DNA of 64,000 bases, taken from positions 160,828,001 to 160,892,000 of the forward strand of contig NC_042997.1 of assembly GCF_006345805.1 (NCBI RefSeq). The letters are read 5' to 3'. Under the pieces are notes generated by a model. That model was not told where the DNA came from and did not search any database. It was given only the letters and a program-made list of their open reading frames with translations. This DNA comes from Octopus sinensis (lineage: Eukaryota). Of this stretch, positions 12,443-27,129 are shown piece after piece; position 1 is the first letter of the stretch, and each line of letters begins with the position of its first letter. The position numbers and the translations under genes are program-made.

Positions 12443-12466
12443 TATTATTATTATTATTATTATTAT

Positions 12467-13500
12467 AATCTAGGTAAAATTGAGCGGTGATTAAGAGGAA
12501 ACTGGAAAAATGGGAAAAAGACCGACCGAGAAAAATTAGAGAAGAAATATAAAATACGGAAGTTCGGGTTTGATGCAGTAATAGAGCAGTTAAAACAGAA
12601 AATCATGGCAAAAAGCCAGAAGATCAGAAGACTTGTGGACAGAAATAAACAGTTCGAGGAGAACAGTTTATTCAAAAATAACCCAAAAGTTAGAAGGAGA
12701 CAATGAGGAATATGTTGCTCCTGATGTAAATCAAATCAAGGAGTTCTGGAGCGGATTATCGGGAATCAATGTGGTACACAAGTGGGATGCAATGTGTGTA
12801 GGAACTATCAAGGTAGACTTACAAGGAGGAAAGAAACAAGGGAATATTATCATAAGTACGGGCGATGTGAAAGAACAAGTGGGTAAAGTGTGTAACTGGA
12901 AAATGTAGAAAATGTAACCTTCTTGGTAAATGGATATTAGAGCCTTGCACATAAAGAATACAAGCGCCGCCACGATAAAATGTGCGTGTATCTTCTTTGA
13001 CACTTATGCCGTAAATACCAATATGAAGTAACAGAGAACTGGTATGACCAAGTAAATATAAGCAGGAGGATGGAAAAGTAACGATACTCTGGGACTAATT
13101 ATCAGATGGATCGTGTAATCGAACACCGTCGGCCGGATATTGTTGTATTGAATGAGAGAGAAGAATACTGTCAAATAATTGGCGTAGCCATACCAAATGA
13201 CATGAATGTTGTGAGTAAAGAGGTTGAAAATTCACCAAGTACTCCGAATGGAAAGTGGAAATGACAAGACTGTATAGAATGTGAGAGTGTAAAAACGAAA
13301 CCAGTGGTGATCGGGGCGTTGGGCTCAATCCCTTTGGAACTTCAAGACTTCTTAAGGCAACTGGAAATCCCATGCAAGATTGAGGTCTTGCAAAAAGCAG
13401 CCTTATTGGGCACTGCGCACATCTTAAAGAAAGTATTATCTCTCTGAGGTCCTTGTGACTTAACAGATGACTAAAGACTACGGTGCATTTTTACCTACAC
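12467..13500 (+). mobile_element. Decayed, internally deleted R4/Dong-type LINE, third family
   Basis: KYKIRKFGFDAVIEQLKQKIMAKSQKIRR is homologous to family A; later RRPDIVVL, VIGALGSIP, LQKAALLGTAHILKKVL*. Confidence 0.75.
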
Positions 13501-13799
13501 TATGTTACGAAACAACAACAACAATAATAAAAACGACAACAAGAACAACAATAATAATAATGATGATGATAATGATTATGATGACATCAGGACGAAGTAT
13601 TAGGGGGAAAATGCAAAAACAGACACAAAGTGTGGAGATGTACAAGTAATGAAATGATGAAATAACAAAAACAACGAAAAAGAGTAAATATAAGTGTCAT
13701 ACAATGAAAAGGAAGGGAAATATACGCAATATACAAAGGCTAAAAAGAAAAAAGGCGGGTGATTGAGACGTAGTCCTCCTGATAAAGGATAACCTCCAG

Positions 13800-16000
13800 G
13801 GATAATCGAGGAACCCTACTGTGACATATCTCCTTGAAAACCAAGGGCATGTGTCCTCTCCAATTCCTACTCTTCGACTCACAGGTTTACACACACAGAG
13901 GTACCATCCACTCTTGTATTTTCGCAACTTTCACCCACCTTTTAATAAATTAACTCGAGGGCAGAACTTCCCACTCTATACTCCATTTCCTTTTCATGTG
14001 AAACTTGAAGAAACCCCTCAGATCATAAACAAAGAGGAATGTATCTATCCCCATGCCTTTTAGCTTTGTCCACCAAACAACCTCTTTCGCCACAGCCACC
14101 AGGCAAAGAAAACCTGCCTTGCTTGCTGATTAAAGAAGAGCAGCGAGCAATCATTACTATGCACTCCACCGATAGACGGATCTGTCCTATACGTGACAGA
14201 AGGTGTTCGACATAACCCCACAAATCAGCAATGTCCGGACACTAAACGAGTGCGTGCAGAACAGTTACATCATTCTGTGCGCGCCTCGGAGAAGCCCGTG
14301 TGACAGGACATCCGTGCCTGTTGAGTTTCTCTCGAACCGGAAGCGCCCTGCGGCAGCACTATTTTGGCCAAGAACATATGGAATGTATCCATGATAATGA
14401 CCGACCGGAACGTCTTCCAGAACGCCAAGAACGTCGTCGCACTTCGCCAGTAATCATCTATAAATTACTGAAGCAGAACAGCCCACGATCCCATTGTCCG
14501 ACTGGTAGATGGCTGTGAGTTCCTGTTGACATACTAGGCGTCAAGCGCCTAGTCGCGGTCTTTTCTTTACCCAGGACTACAGCTCTGTCAAGGAGACAAG
14601 CTATGGAAAGACGTGCCTCCCAAACGGAGCCCACGCATGCTCACCTTTTAGAAATCATTGCAGGTGGCGCAACGTAACACCGTATCTGCGCATTAGAAGC
14701 CACAGCATGCCTAAGCCGCCACTCAGAGGGTGCTGGCATCAGACTGATAGTCTGACCATCGGAACGCAATCCTTCTACAAGAAATTAAATGAGACGTTCC
14801 AACCCAGTCAAGCAGTAACCGGGACAAGGCACGATGATCAGGCGATAAAAGATGAAGTAGGAAATGTAGGCATTCGCCACCTCTGCCTGATCTTTCAAGG
14901 ATAGCTTCCTCTCAGCCATTTCTGGGTAAGACTGGTCACCCTGTTCGTCACTTAGTCTCAGTTCTTACCTTCCTGGAGGGTGGGACCAAACCAGACTACG
15001 TGCAATTTGACTGGTCTGTCGGTCCAGCGTCCAACGACACCGTCCCATAACATGGACCTGACTATCCAGGAGACTTACCGCAAACAATCGATTTGTCGGC
15101 GGTGCTTTTAGCCCCTGCAACTGACTCATATTCCTCTAGAATGATGCCAAGAGTCTCCAGTTCGTTGGTGTACGCTGATACTGCCTTTCCGCGTCTGAGT
15201 TCGATCTTTCGCAGAAGTAGCTTGAGTACCAATATGCACAGAAGAGGCGACAGCAGGAAGCCCTGACGGATCAAGCATGCGTTGCTAGACTTTTCCGATT
15301 GGTAGCTGTTTACTTTGACCACCGAACAGATACAGCTGTGCATTGCAGCGAACCAACCTCTGAAACTGTGCCCGAATCCCCTGCTTTCAGGACGGCTTCC
15401 AAGTAGTGATGGTCGACCCTACCGAATGTTTTAGAATGATTAAAATTAATCAGAGCACTCTCGAAGCTAGGTTTGATCCCAGCCCTGTCTATGATGTATC
15501 GCATAAGGTGGAAGTTGTTGTGGACAGACCTGCCCGGGATTGTGCACCTTTGTGCTTTCGCGGCCAGGCTACCGACAACAAGCGTCAACATTTTCGTCAA
15601 CACCTTGGCCAAAATCTTAAACACTGTTTAGCAGGGATATGAGCTGAAAATTTCCTTGTACGTCCCCATTGTCGGCGTCCTTCCTCAGCAGTGTCACCAC
15701 ACTCCGACCAACAGCACTCGGAATTTTCCCTTTCTGTTGCCATTTACGGTAAACGTCTGCCAGCAGGTCACAAAACAAATCTGTTGTCATGCTGGAGCGC
15801 CACCGGTGTCTTTTCAGTGGCTATTCTTTACGATTAGCCTTTTATGAAGGAAGGAATTCGAGGCTGCTCCCTTGTTTGAGTTTCTTCATCAGGGACCTTG
15901 GACGGCCGGTGATCAAATTGTTTCCTGAACACTACCGCCTCTACACCATGAAGATGTTTCAGATGTTTTGGGTAGGCATTAAATCCCAACCTATTGCAAT
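13800..16000 (-). mobile_element. Decayed L1/Tx1-clade LINE ORF2 (RT and C-terminus)
   Basis: KILAKVL..IPGRS..N..L.RYII..SKTFGRVDHHYL, IRQG..LSPLL; C-terminal WGYVEHLLSRIG. Confidence 0.75.
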
Positions 16001-16259
16001 AGTGCATTGTCCTCACTCTAGACGGGATGACGGGTACGTTTGGAACAGTGCAGCGACGTCCAGTTTGTGGTCAGTATAACTCTCGATGCCAAAGTTTGGT
16101 TCCAGTTCCTCCAGGATCTTACACACGTACATCATTACATAGCTCACCTGTCTTCTCTCGAGGGAGCAGAGTTGTAGCTCCCAATAACTCAGTTGTTACT
16201 TTGATGCAATCTTCCGGGTGTAGGACTACTACACTTCCACTATTTAATTGACTCTGTGG

Positions 16260-16990
16260 TGTGACCACAGTTGACTGCAGTATTCCAGGCAGTTGAGGAC
16301 AAATGTCCTCTATAAGTCCAGCATAGTTTTTTGGTCCCTGATTCTGAAGCTTCTGTATTGCATTCTAGTATTGCGCATTCAGTATTTCACTAATCCTCTG
16401 GGGATTTGCAGTGGGTGCCATATTTTTCTCGAGCTGTTACCCCATGTTGTACCGTACTGAAGCAGACACTTTTACAAATTTATTGAAGGATTTGGGGTTT
16501 ATCTTTATATTTTTGGCAGCCCTGGATTCTTTCTCTGCTCTCTTCTTTCTTGTTGTAGTGTTTGAATTCATTTTCGATATTATCAATACTTGTTTGAGAT
16601 AGAGTCCTTCGCTATCCTGTAGTGGACCATTTAGACAGTTTGAGATATTTACTCGTTGTCTCATTAGAATGGTTATATCCTTGGGAACTATATTTTCCCG
16701 TTGGGTTGGCGTTCTCTCTGGAACAAACGTACAGCATATCCAAATGCATCATTGACATAAACTGCTATATCTTTATATCAGTTTCATAGGAGACGAAATT
16801 TGTTCCATGACTTCTTTTTCGATGCCATTCCTATCAGCTTTATGAAAGTTCAGGCTGGAGAGCTGGGTACATGGCCTGCATGTCTACTATTTTCTGTAGA
16901 CCATATATCATTAGCTCTATTAAGTTATGGTCTGAGAGAATCGTCAGTGCCACCTAAACATTATGGATGGGCACCACGTTATTCGTGAAG
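16260..16990 (-). mobile_element. Possible CR1/L2-like LINE endonuclease-linker remnant
   Basis: SDHNL-like motif and AAKNIKINPKSFNKFVK linker. Confidence 0.4.
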
Positions 16991-17021
16991 CAGATGCCCA
17001 GGACATTTTTACCCCTTGTTG

Positions 17022-17060
<39 letters not shown>

Positions 17061-17412
17061 GGAAAGTAACTGAGAAGAATGAGAAAGAGTCATATATCAA
17101 ATATGTAAAGTAACCCCAATATACCATTTGATACGTTCGACATAATTATTATACCACATACACAACAAAGACACATATACAATATATACAATAATTACAA
17201 TCAATTATATTTGCTTCACGATCTTCGGCAAATATGTATGCATATGTGCGCGTGTGTATGTACGTATGCATGTGTTTTTATATGTATATATACACACATA
17301 ATCTATATAAGTGTGTCCACACACACACACGCACACACACATACACGCACACACACATGTACACCTAATAATATGGTAGATACTTTTGTAAGTATTTGTG
17401 TTTAAAGAACAA

Positions 17413-20253
17413 AAGAAAATTTACCTGAATGGATCACTCCTCCACACTACAGGTATAAACTTGTTTGTGTTTGTTTATGCGTATGTGTTCGTATATTTAT
17501 ACACGCGCGCAGATACATACTCATACACACACAAATCACACACTTACACACACGCACTACACATGCACGCACACACACAAATACACACTCACATTCAATT
17601 AGAACATTTCACGGTATTCAGAAGAAGTTAATCACTATGTATCACGCAATTCAATTTGTTTGCGGAAGCATTTTCACTTTGACTTAAAGAAAAAGGAAAA
17701 GAGCAAAACACAACGATTATTCAATAAGAAATAAATGTAACAAGATAACATTTTATGTATGAGATGTGATAATTACTTCGCGCACGTAAACTTTTGTTTT
17801 GGTATTTATCACAATATGATAAAATATGTAACGTATGTGCTCGGGTAATAGTCGATTTCATGTAAAATGCGACCCCTTATTTTGGCACAAAACTTGAGAA
17901 TTTTCCATAGATCCCGTATAAAAGTCGACACTAGTATTTCACGAAGAACAGGACAACATTTGTAGGTTAAGGCACCGTATTGTCCTATAAATAGAAATAA
18001 CACTGTTACACATTTGTGTGGCTGCATTAGCCTGCTCTATACGTGGGATGCTTGGTGCTTATAGCAAAACACCATTTAATAGCGAGCACTTCATATTTGC
18101 TGATTGGTGCCACAATGTATGCAGAGGATATGCTGGAAGCCTGCACACATCTTCATGGCCAATAAACACATGCGTCATACACTCGTTGTTTGCATGGTGA
18201 GAAACGTGTTTCACAAACAGCACTATTGGCGAACACTAGCAAACGCCTCTATCAGAATTCGTGCAAAGGTATGATTTTTCGTAAGCATAAAAGTATTCAA
18301 TTAATCGCTAGATCAGCGAAATGGCAACTGATCGTGAGCATGGATACGATAGCCCCTAGGCCGAAATGTATTAACGTTAAATTAATACTGTAAGTTTCAC
18401 ATTGATCTATTTTTTAATTACATCTCTTGTTTCAAGGCATAATATAATTTGTACCGGTACTCCTTTCTGCTTTAACCCAGGATTCAATTTGCCGTGCAGT
18501 TTAGGTACTTGAAAATCGTCAAAGTGTGTTGATCGTGAAGCCACCTTAATTCATGCTCGAAAGGAATAAAAATTGGATGGAATTTCAAATTTTAAAGCGA
18601 ATGTTGGATGGTGAGATGTTATGGCATAGTATAACAGCTGAGAACTAAGATCGCACAAAAACTGCGTGCTGATCTAAATGATAAGATAATAGAGTTTCAT
18701 AGGTTTGTAATCAGAAATCAGTTGAAAGAGTGTATGCATTATCATGTATTGGGAACATGGACGAAACGCTTGTTACTCTTGACATGTCAGAGAATCGAAC
18801 TGCGAATCAAAGAGGAGATAAAGCAGTATTCATGATAACCACTGGCCACGAGAAAAGGTTACTTTAGTTCTTTCATGTATGGCTAATGGTAATAAATTAA
18901 AACCGATGGTTGTTTTTAAGAGAAAAACTGTGCCGAATGAGATATTTACAAAAAGAATTATCATCCATGTGCATCCACAAGGATGGATAGAAGATGAGGG
19001 TCGTTGTAGAAAATGGATTAAAGATGTTTGGAATTTACGACCTGTGGAATGCATTGGATGGTACAGAAGACGATTGTCTATGGGATGACAAGTATAACGA
19101 AGTGGATGATGCGCTACCTCTAAATATGGAGAGCGAAGATGATGATGAAGAGAATCCTTACGTTGATGCCATTCATCCTCATGATTAGGAAGCTTTATTC
19201 AGTGCTGAAGATGATAAACTGTGTTAAATAAATTGGTAGTGTAGTCTCTAATCTAGCCACGAAAAAGAAAACGTTTTCGGTGGAAACTTGCTGGTGGAAA
19301 GTGATATTGTGCTTCTACTTCTTTTATCAGTTCTGGTATTTAATACATTAAATTGCATTTAGATTATTCGAAATAAAGATGCACCACTAATATACTGTAC
19401 TTGTGATGTGTGTGACTTTAACCATGAATATGAAAATAGTATAATTTATTGAAGAGGTATGAAGTGAAACACGCCGAGTAGATATCAGCTGTATGCACCG
19501 TATTACGGTAAGTAGTGACATGCCCAGTACCGGTGATAATATAACATAATTATGAGATATAAATTGATTTCACTCTGCTAGTCTGTTAAGTTTGATTGAT
19601 ACAAATAAAAGAGTTAGCGCAAATATTTATAAAAGCTACGCGGTCTTGTTTATGGGTTTTGTTACTTACTAGGATGTGGGATGTGATGCATAAAATTAAT
19701 ATTACTGTAATTCATCGTGTTTTTGTTTTTATTCGCTTAGAGATCATGTAGGCTTCTGCCGCTGATACAGTACTTTGGATTCTAGCTTGAATTCCAGCTC
19801 CTCAAAAGTAATATCCATGTAATAGATGACCCCATAAACTTGACCTTAAAAGATGGCTTAAAATATTCGACATTCTCACGAGTATATACGGTATTCCTTC
19901 TCAGTCAATCACGTGATTCGAAAAGTAAATCTTCACGTAATTACTTTCCCAGTGCGGTTATTCCAAATAGGTTTGGACAGTAATGTAGCTTGTAGAGAAT
20001 GTTATGGGACTCGTGTTCCACATTCTGTTACCGTTATTCCAGAAACTGACAGATTAATTCAGATTAATTTAGACGTGAAACATCCAATCAGAAATAGAGT
20101 TCTTTTCTCTTTGTGTGACATATTCTGAATGTGTTATGATTATAGGCAGTGTTTCCAACGATGTATGTATCGTTCGTAAAATCAAGCTATTGCCTGTTGC
20201 TTCATCATTCATTGACATTCCTGCAAGCAATGTTTATACCATGCTACAAGATC
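17413..20253 (+). pseudogene. Pseudogenised paralog of exons 1-2 of the PAN/C-type lectin gene
   Basis: Exon 1 homolog 17413-17452 (ATG replaced by AAG, same ctacag|gtataa donor); exon 2 homolog 19905-20253 with frameshift near 20070, a Cys to Phe change, and donor GTGAGT changed to TTGAGT. Confidence 0.8.
17831..19891 (+). mobile_element. pogo/Tigger-like DNA transposon, decayed
   Basis: Degenerate TIRs (acgtatgtgctcgggtaatagtcga / tcgacattctcacgagtatatacgg), TA on both sides; DDE_1 remnant GNMDET..TGHEK..LSCMANG.KLKPMVVFK..GW at 18748-19032. Confidence 0.8.
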
Positions 20254-22264
20254 TTGAGTAGTATTCTTTTCAAGAGGATGTATTTCATATATTGCTACTA
20301 TGTGTTTAGCCATTGTTACATCCTGTTCTAGAAAACCCATATTCAAAGGCGTTCGAGCTGATTCCGTAGTATAAAGTGTCCTTAGTGAAAACGGTATCCG
20401 TTGTTTTTGAGAAATTTGACTTTTATTTCCAGCAGGACACATGACTACGTAAATGTCCTCACATTGGATCATATTGCATATATTGTTGAAGAATAACTAT
20501 TCTAAAAGTCGTTTAAGCTGTAATCATCTTAGTTTAAACTAATGCATCATGGTCTTATAAATAATCCAGTCTTTTTACTTTTATCTAAAGCAGTAAGATG
20601 TTTATTTGAAATCCCGTTGGCTGTTATTTCTAAGATATCTTGCAACCACATAGACGCTACTTTTGGTCCGTATTGTGCAAGTGGGTTTTGTAGAAGATTG
20701 AGCTTTCGTTGTATATTTAGTTGCATATTTAATATACACGTGTGTTTCGATAGTTTTATCATATCAGATCACATGTATGGATAGATAAGATATGTCCTCT
20801 GGTGATATACAAATATTACACAGTATCATCAAATATCACAAATAATATTTGTTCCAGAAGGCGTCTCACTAACCAACGGATTAAATCGTGGTCTCTCACA
20901 TTATGCCTATTCGAAAAGATTCTAGGGTTGTACAAAATAATGTGTCTTTAAATAAAATTTAATAAAAGTATGTAAGAATTGCAATTCATAATTGTTCAAA
21001 TAGCATGTTATTACAAATTTTGTATTGGAATGAGATACTGCTCCAAAGTAATTTTTCCTTCATTCTATGTTTTAATAACTGAAGAGTGGTAACAACGGTT
21101 TTCCGTAGAATATAGGTATGATGCATACGATTTTTTGAAAATATCGTATACAGCTTCCACGGCAAAATAAGTTTGAGGACCATTGTATGAGATACCTTCC
21201 ATGGCTCCTTGTAAAACAACTAATAATAGCATCTGTAATCAAAGCTCTGAAGACCTATATATACGTAAGCATTTTGTAATTGTTGATTTGAGGAATAGTA
21301 GCGTATTGCTTTTCTTTTATCCTTTAAGTTTTCCTTATTTTTAGAGCTCCCATGATCGCAGCTGCACAGTAATATAACTATGTTTTTGACATTTCTTTCC
21401 ATATATTACTTTCAGAACGTTTTACGTTGCTCCTAAAATTATATGACGTTGTTGTTGCTGTTGGGGATGAGATTCACTTTGATCGAGACATTTCCGCCGT
21501 AATTATCTCGTCTAGTTTACAGTACTCTACTAAACATATTATTTAATGAGCTCCTTGCCTAACATGAGGATGTGATTTCAGGGCGTTTTGACTGATCCTT
21601 GAAAAAGATCAAACGGCAAGAGAGACATTTCCCATCAGTGTGTTTTCGCAAATTTTATGATTAATAACTTCTCACGTAATTTTTTTGCTTAGCCCTATGC
21701 TATGGTAGGAAACACACTTTAGCTCATCATACAGTGAGATTAAACCTGGAACAACGTGGTTAATAAGTCGACTTCTTTACACAGCCATGATTGTACTCCA
21801 TTATAATTCTATTCTAATCAATGTAGATAGCATAGTGTTCCTACATAACTACTTAATTTGGTCACTTATTATAATATTTTTGTTGTTTGTCTCTTCAACC
21901 TTCATGCATAGTCATCTCACATAGTTTCGTTCTACTTTCCATTTTCATCACAAACGTTCACACTCATACCATTACTAGATTGCTTTAATGAAATACCTTT
22001 TCTGCTATTGTATCTTGAAATTCGTGGAAATCGAGAATAGTTATGATTTAATATTTAATATTTCGGTTGATTGATTATCCAAATGTTGTCCCACAGTCTT
22101 CTGAATACTTTTCATCTTTCATTTTTAAAGTCTCTTATAATTTGTTTTCTTTGAATTAATTTTTTTTCATTTAGCAACACATTTTTTTTCTAATTTGTAG
22201 CAACAATAAGAAGGCACGAATTCTGAGCTGCATCTATTAATTATTTGGGCTCACATTACGAGAT

Positions 22265-22407
22265 ATGAAGAAAATGATGGAGAAAATCTGCTCCTAAAAT
22301 TGGGTGAGGAAGGTCAGCAATGATAAAAACAATCCACTGGAAACTTCGTCCAGTGCGAGTAAAATCTCACCGAAAGTTTTAACAGGAGAGTCGTTGATTG
22401 CTGAATA

Positions 22408-22487
<80 letters not shown>

Positions 22488-22901
22488 ATATCAGAAGCGA
22501 AAAGTTTTTCTTTGACAAATTTAGAGGGCCATATGCTGCAGGACACTCTGGAATTGACTAGAAATTCCTTCTTAGACTCGAAATCTAATATAAAAAAATG
22601 CGTGACTGGGAGAAAATGTGCCAGGAACTGCGATCACGCTGGGAGCTCGGCTTTTTAGTTTTCCTGAGTTTTTAAATGTACGAGGCGAAATACATTTCTT
22701 AGCTGTAGAACCAAACTTATAATGATACCAGCAAAAAGGTTTTGATCTGCTGGGAGAACGGACATTAGAACGACGATAGCGACGAGGTGATGAATTTCTA
22801 TTGATATGCAAGAGACAAATTTCTGTGACTAGCTTATCTATAGTCATCTGTGTAGATTCACGAAATTCTTTGAATTTAGAAGAAACTGTTGCAACTGACA
22901 A
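22265..22901 (-). mobile_element. Gypsy-type LTR retrotransposon gag-protease remnant split by (TA)n
   Basis: CWYHYKFGSTAKKCISP gag knuckle; decayed protease ..FG..IADLPHPILGADFL. Confidence 0.7.
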
Positions 22902-23081
22902 AAGAGAGTTGTTCTGTTCTGGAATAGGTTTTGTATTAATTATATGTTACAATCAAATCTACCTCTAACAACAAATTCACAGTAAAATTTGTTTGAGTTA
23001 TTGCCTAAGTTATTGCCAAGTCTTCACATTTTTAGTATTGACCCAATGCCTATTTTTTACATAATGAATTTGCCTAACATA

Positions 23082-24370
23082 CGAGGGGCGTTCAATAAGT
23101 AATGCCTCTGACCCACTTCCCATAACAGTAGAGCAACGAAACTTGGCACAGTTATTAGTCTCTTTTTACATAGGAACCACCCAGAGTTACGCATTTCTCC
23201 CATCATTTGATGCAGCTCTGGAGACCGTTTTTGTAGAAGACCCCAGTTTGGTCCTCCAACCACGACGTGACTTCAGAAATCAAGGCTGCATCATATGGGA
23301 AACGCTTTCCTTTCAAAAACAACATCATGGCTGGGAAGAGGTGAAAATCAGAGGGTGCAAGGTCAGGAGATTAGGGGGATGGGGGAGGAGTTCATAATCG
23401 CACGCCTGTGCTTCTGATCTGGCGACACGTGAGTTGTAGACCGGAGCGTTGTCCTGCAGGAAGAGGATGCTTTGCTGATCTTGCCCGCCTCTTGATTTTA
23501 ATAGCTTCTCTTAATTTCTTCAAAAGTGAAGCATAATAGGCTCCTGTAATTGTGGTACCCTTTGCCAGGAAATCTGTCATCACTACTCCGTCCTGGTCCC
23601 AGAAGACTGTGAGCATGACCTTGCCAGCGGAGGGCTGCACCCTTGCCTTCTTTGGAGGAGGTGAGTCACGGTGCTTCCACTGCATTGACTGGGCTTTGGT
23701 CTATGGATCATAGTGATGGACCCAGGTTTCATCCTGTGTAATCAGTCTTCTGAAAAATTTTGACTCATCTTCTTGGCACATCTCCAAATTCACCCTCGAG
23801 CACTCGACGCGTTCTTGCTTCTGGAAAGGTGTGAGCAACCTGGGAATCCATCTGGCAGACACCTTTTGCATATGCAAATGGTCATGAATGATAGTTTCCA
23901 CATACCCGGTACTAATCTTGACCTCATGGGCTATTTGGCGAATAGTTATGCGTCGATCTTCCAAAATGGCAGCCTCAACTTGACGGACAGATGCCTCATC
24001 AATGGCAGAAGGGGGCGACCAGATCTAGGAGCTGTTTCCACAGAGTTCCGACCATGTTTAAATTCACGATGCCAGCGTTTTACAAGGTCATATGATGGGG
24101 CATCATCACCATAAGTTACTTTCATTTCATCAAAAGTCTCCCGTGGTGTGCCTCCTTTCAAATACAAAAACCGGATCACTGCTCGACACTCAACTGGCTC
24201 CATTTCACACTTGACTCTGTTCAAACACCTGTAAATCAGAAACCACAATTAGTTCAGAGCTGTAATTTGCCACTTAATCTATAAAGATATAAATAATTGC
24301 ACATGCAAAATTTCAGCTAGATCAAACAAATGCAAGTGGGTCAGGAGCATTACTTATTGAACGTCCCTCG
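23082..24370 (-). mobile_element. Complete mariner transposon with disrupted transposase (~24203 to 23155)
   Basis: TIRs cgaggggcgttcaataagtaatgc / gcattacttattgaacgtccctcg, TA duplication; WIPRLL, DETWVHHYDP, QDNAP, SPDLAPSDF. Confidence 0.92.
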
Positions 24371-27129
24371 TATTTATTATTCTGCTTTGTATAAAACTTT
24401 AGCTATATTAATACTTCTGGCTATCATTTTTTTGACATTCTAGAGTGTCAATATTTTAATAAAATAATGGTACCTTTTTTTAATTATAATGTTATTTTGT
24501 AAATTAAAATCAAATAATATTTAATATTCAAATTTTACCCTTAGTTGCAATAGTTGAAGTAAACATGTTCTTGTTCTGTTCTTTACTTGATACAATAAGT
24601 TATCCTGAACTTTTCCAAGTGTAATAATTTTTCCTATAATTTTCCAGGTTTATAATCTTAAAAATATTATTTCTCTTGCTCGCATTTTTCCATGTAATTA
24701 TGTTTTTTCCAGGTTATGCTATTATGCTAATTAGTAATGCGTGAAATGTATGAATTAGCGTTATTGTTGATAAGTTTTCCTTACCTCAATGACGCCGGTG
24801 ATATATATTAAAAGTCCCCTTACAGAACTATATTCATAAAAATGTATCGAACATTATTATCACCTTCAAATTTGAGAAACAAGCATTCATAACTTGTTTG
24901 CTGTAAAACTTCATTGCATGAGATTGATACCATGAAATTTCTCGAATCGAGATCTATCATGAAAGCTTAAGTAAAATATAGTTTGCTTTTAAAATAAAAA
25001 AGTTAATTATACTTAAATCCAATTTTTTGCTCTACTTATATTTTTTTCATGATATTTTACCTCAACTTTTTTTATACAAATTTTTGTTGTATGGTACCAA
25101 AACTATGAAATTCTGCATGCTTTCTTTTATCATTGAAGCTAAGATAAATACTTTTTGCTTTTAAAATAAAAAAAGTTATTTCGATCTTAACTCGATAGTA
25201 GGCGTTACTCACTCTCCTAAAATGTTGCTTCAGATTTTGGTGTAAACTTTTTTTTCTACTGGATCAAATCTTTTATGCCGGAATGTAGCTAGAGATCAGT
25301 CCTCTTCAAAAATGTTAACAGTTTTTAATTTGGTTCAGAACTGAATTAGCGACAAGCTCTGAAAGATGCTGCATTTGAGTAAATTGCGGCATTAAGAATA
25401 TCATTCAACTACCACAGTAGTTGAATGATAACTAATTACTTAGTCATGATTAGCATATGCAAGTATACATATACAGAGACACACACACATATGTATATAT
25501 ATATATAGATATATACACCTCTCTCACTCCCTCTCTATTGTTCTCTCTCTCCCTCACACACATACATACACAAATAAATGTCTGAAATATTGAATGGTAT
25601 ATCTATAATATTATCTATCAATATAGTTATATTGTTATTTCCATATTATTTTTAAAACAAATTTCGAATTTACTTTATTATGCAGCTGGTTTGAAGAAAA
25701 CCTCCAGCATACCTCTTATTAATCATAGGAGATAATACATTTCAAAAACAGTTCGAATATATTCTCAGAGTGACTGATATTGGTCTGTTCATTTTCCTCA
25801 ACTTGAGTAGATATATGACTGGAGCTAGTCTAGTAAGAGGAAAAGTAATAAAGTGCTTGCAACTAAAGATATACAACAGCTAACTATTGACGTTAAAGTC
25901 TACCATGTCCCAAAATAAACTGATTCACAGAACAATTTTTTACACAAAGTTCCTCGACCAAATCTATATCTGGCATTGGGTGCATAGATTGTTTTAAAGT
26001 TATTGTCCCAAAGTTCTGCGCAGTGAGATCGAAACAAAAGCCAAGGAGCTGAGGAATTACATTTGTTCTTAAAGAACATTATTATTTGTCATGCTTTTTT
26101 TCTACCTGCCATTTTCTCTTTTTGTAAGCGGCGTCTTCCATTTTTAAATCAAGAAGATCTATAAAACTGATACTCGCTTAAAATTATTTTAATATTTCGA
26201 TTTTAATTCTTTTTTATGATGATAAAACTATTAGAAACTAACAAACAAAATTCATTCCTTTGGATGGTCATCAATTTCTCTACCTTTATTGATCGTTTTG
26301 ATAGCTAATTCTTTTGCAAGTTACCACTCACCGCCGGAAAATTGAAATATGTTCTAAATTGTTTTCAAGCACTTACTGATACAAACTGCAAAAATGATAT
26401 TAATCATCAAGAAATATTGTTTTTCTTTCATTTCATAATAGCTTCTAATTTACTTTTTTAATGTTTCATACAATGAACATGATTACTCAGTTCCATAGAA
26501 TTTGCGAGTGTTAATTGTGAGCAATGTAATGTAAAGAATCAACATCGTGTCAAAAGTCGATATTAGACAACAACGTAATAAACTTATTCATTAACTGTCG
26601 AAGTGTCCATAAGACCTCCGAATTTTTAAAGAAAATTATATTGTTTGGAGATAAATTGTTCTAATGAAACTAGAATTTCCGAGTGAAACAAGTGCAAAGC
26701 AATTTAATCTTTAAAACACATGCTTCTACCTGTTTTCTTCCATTACTGATCAATGAAGACATTCACTTCAGTTACGAGGTCGATTCGGGTTTTTCTATAT
26801 ATCAGTATATGTATAAGAAACATTGTTGTATGAAAATATCGATCATATGCAAGCAAATCCAGTGCGTAGTTTCATCTGATGTACTGACTGAGTCTTTGCA
26901 AGGTTCTTGCTTAGTTTACGTTGCCTAGATGCGGCCTCTAAACAGGAAATGCTTTCTTTTCTGATGAGAATAGATACATGGAGCCTGTTCAGAGAATGCT
27001 GTTTCCAGAATTTTTGTCAATGCCTATAGCTTCCACTTTTACTCTCAGTCAATAATCGTAGTTTTTTTTCTCCGCTGACTGCTACTCTATTGCAATTCTA
27101 ACAATATCAACTACATATGGCTGGGAGAT

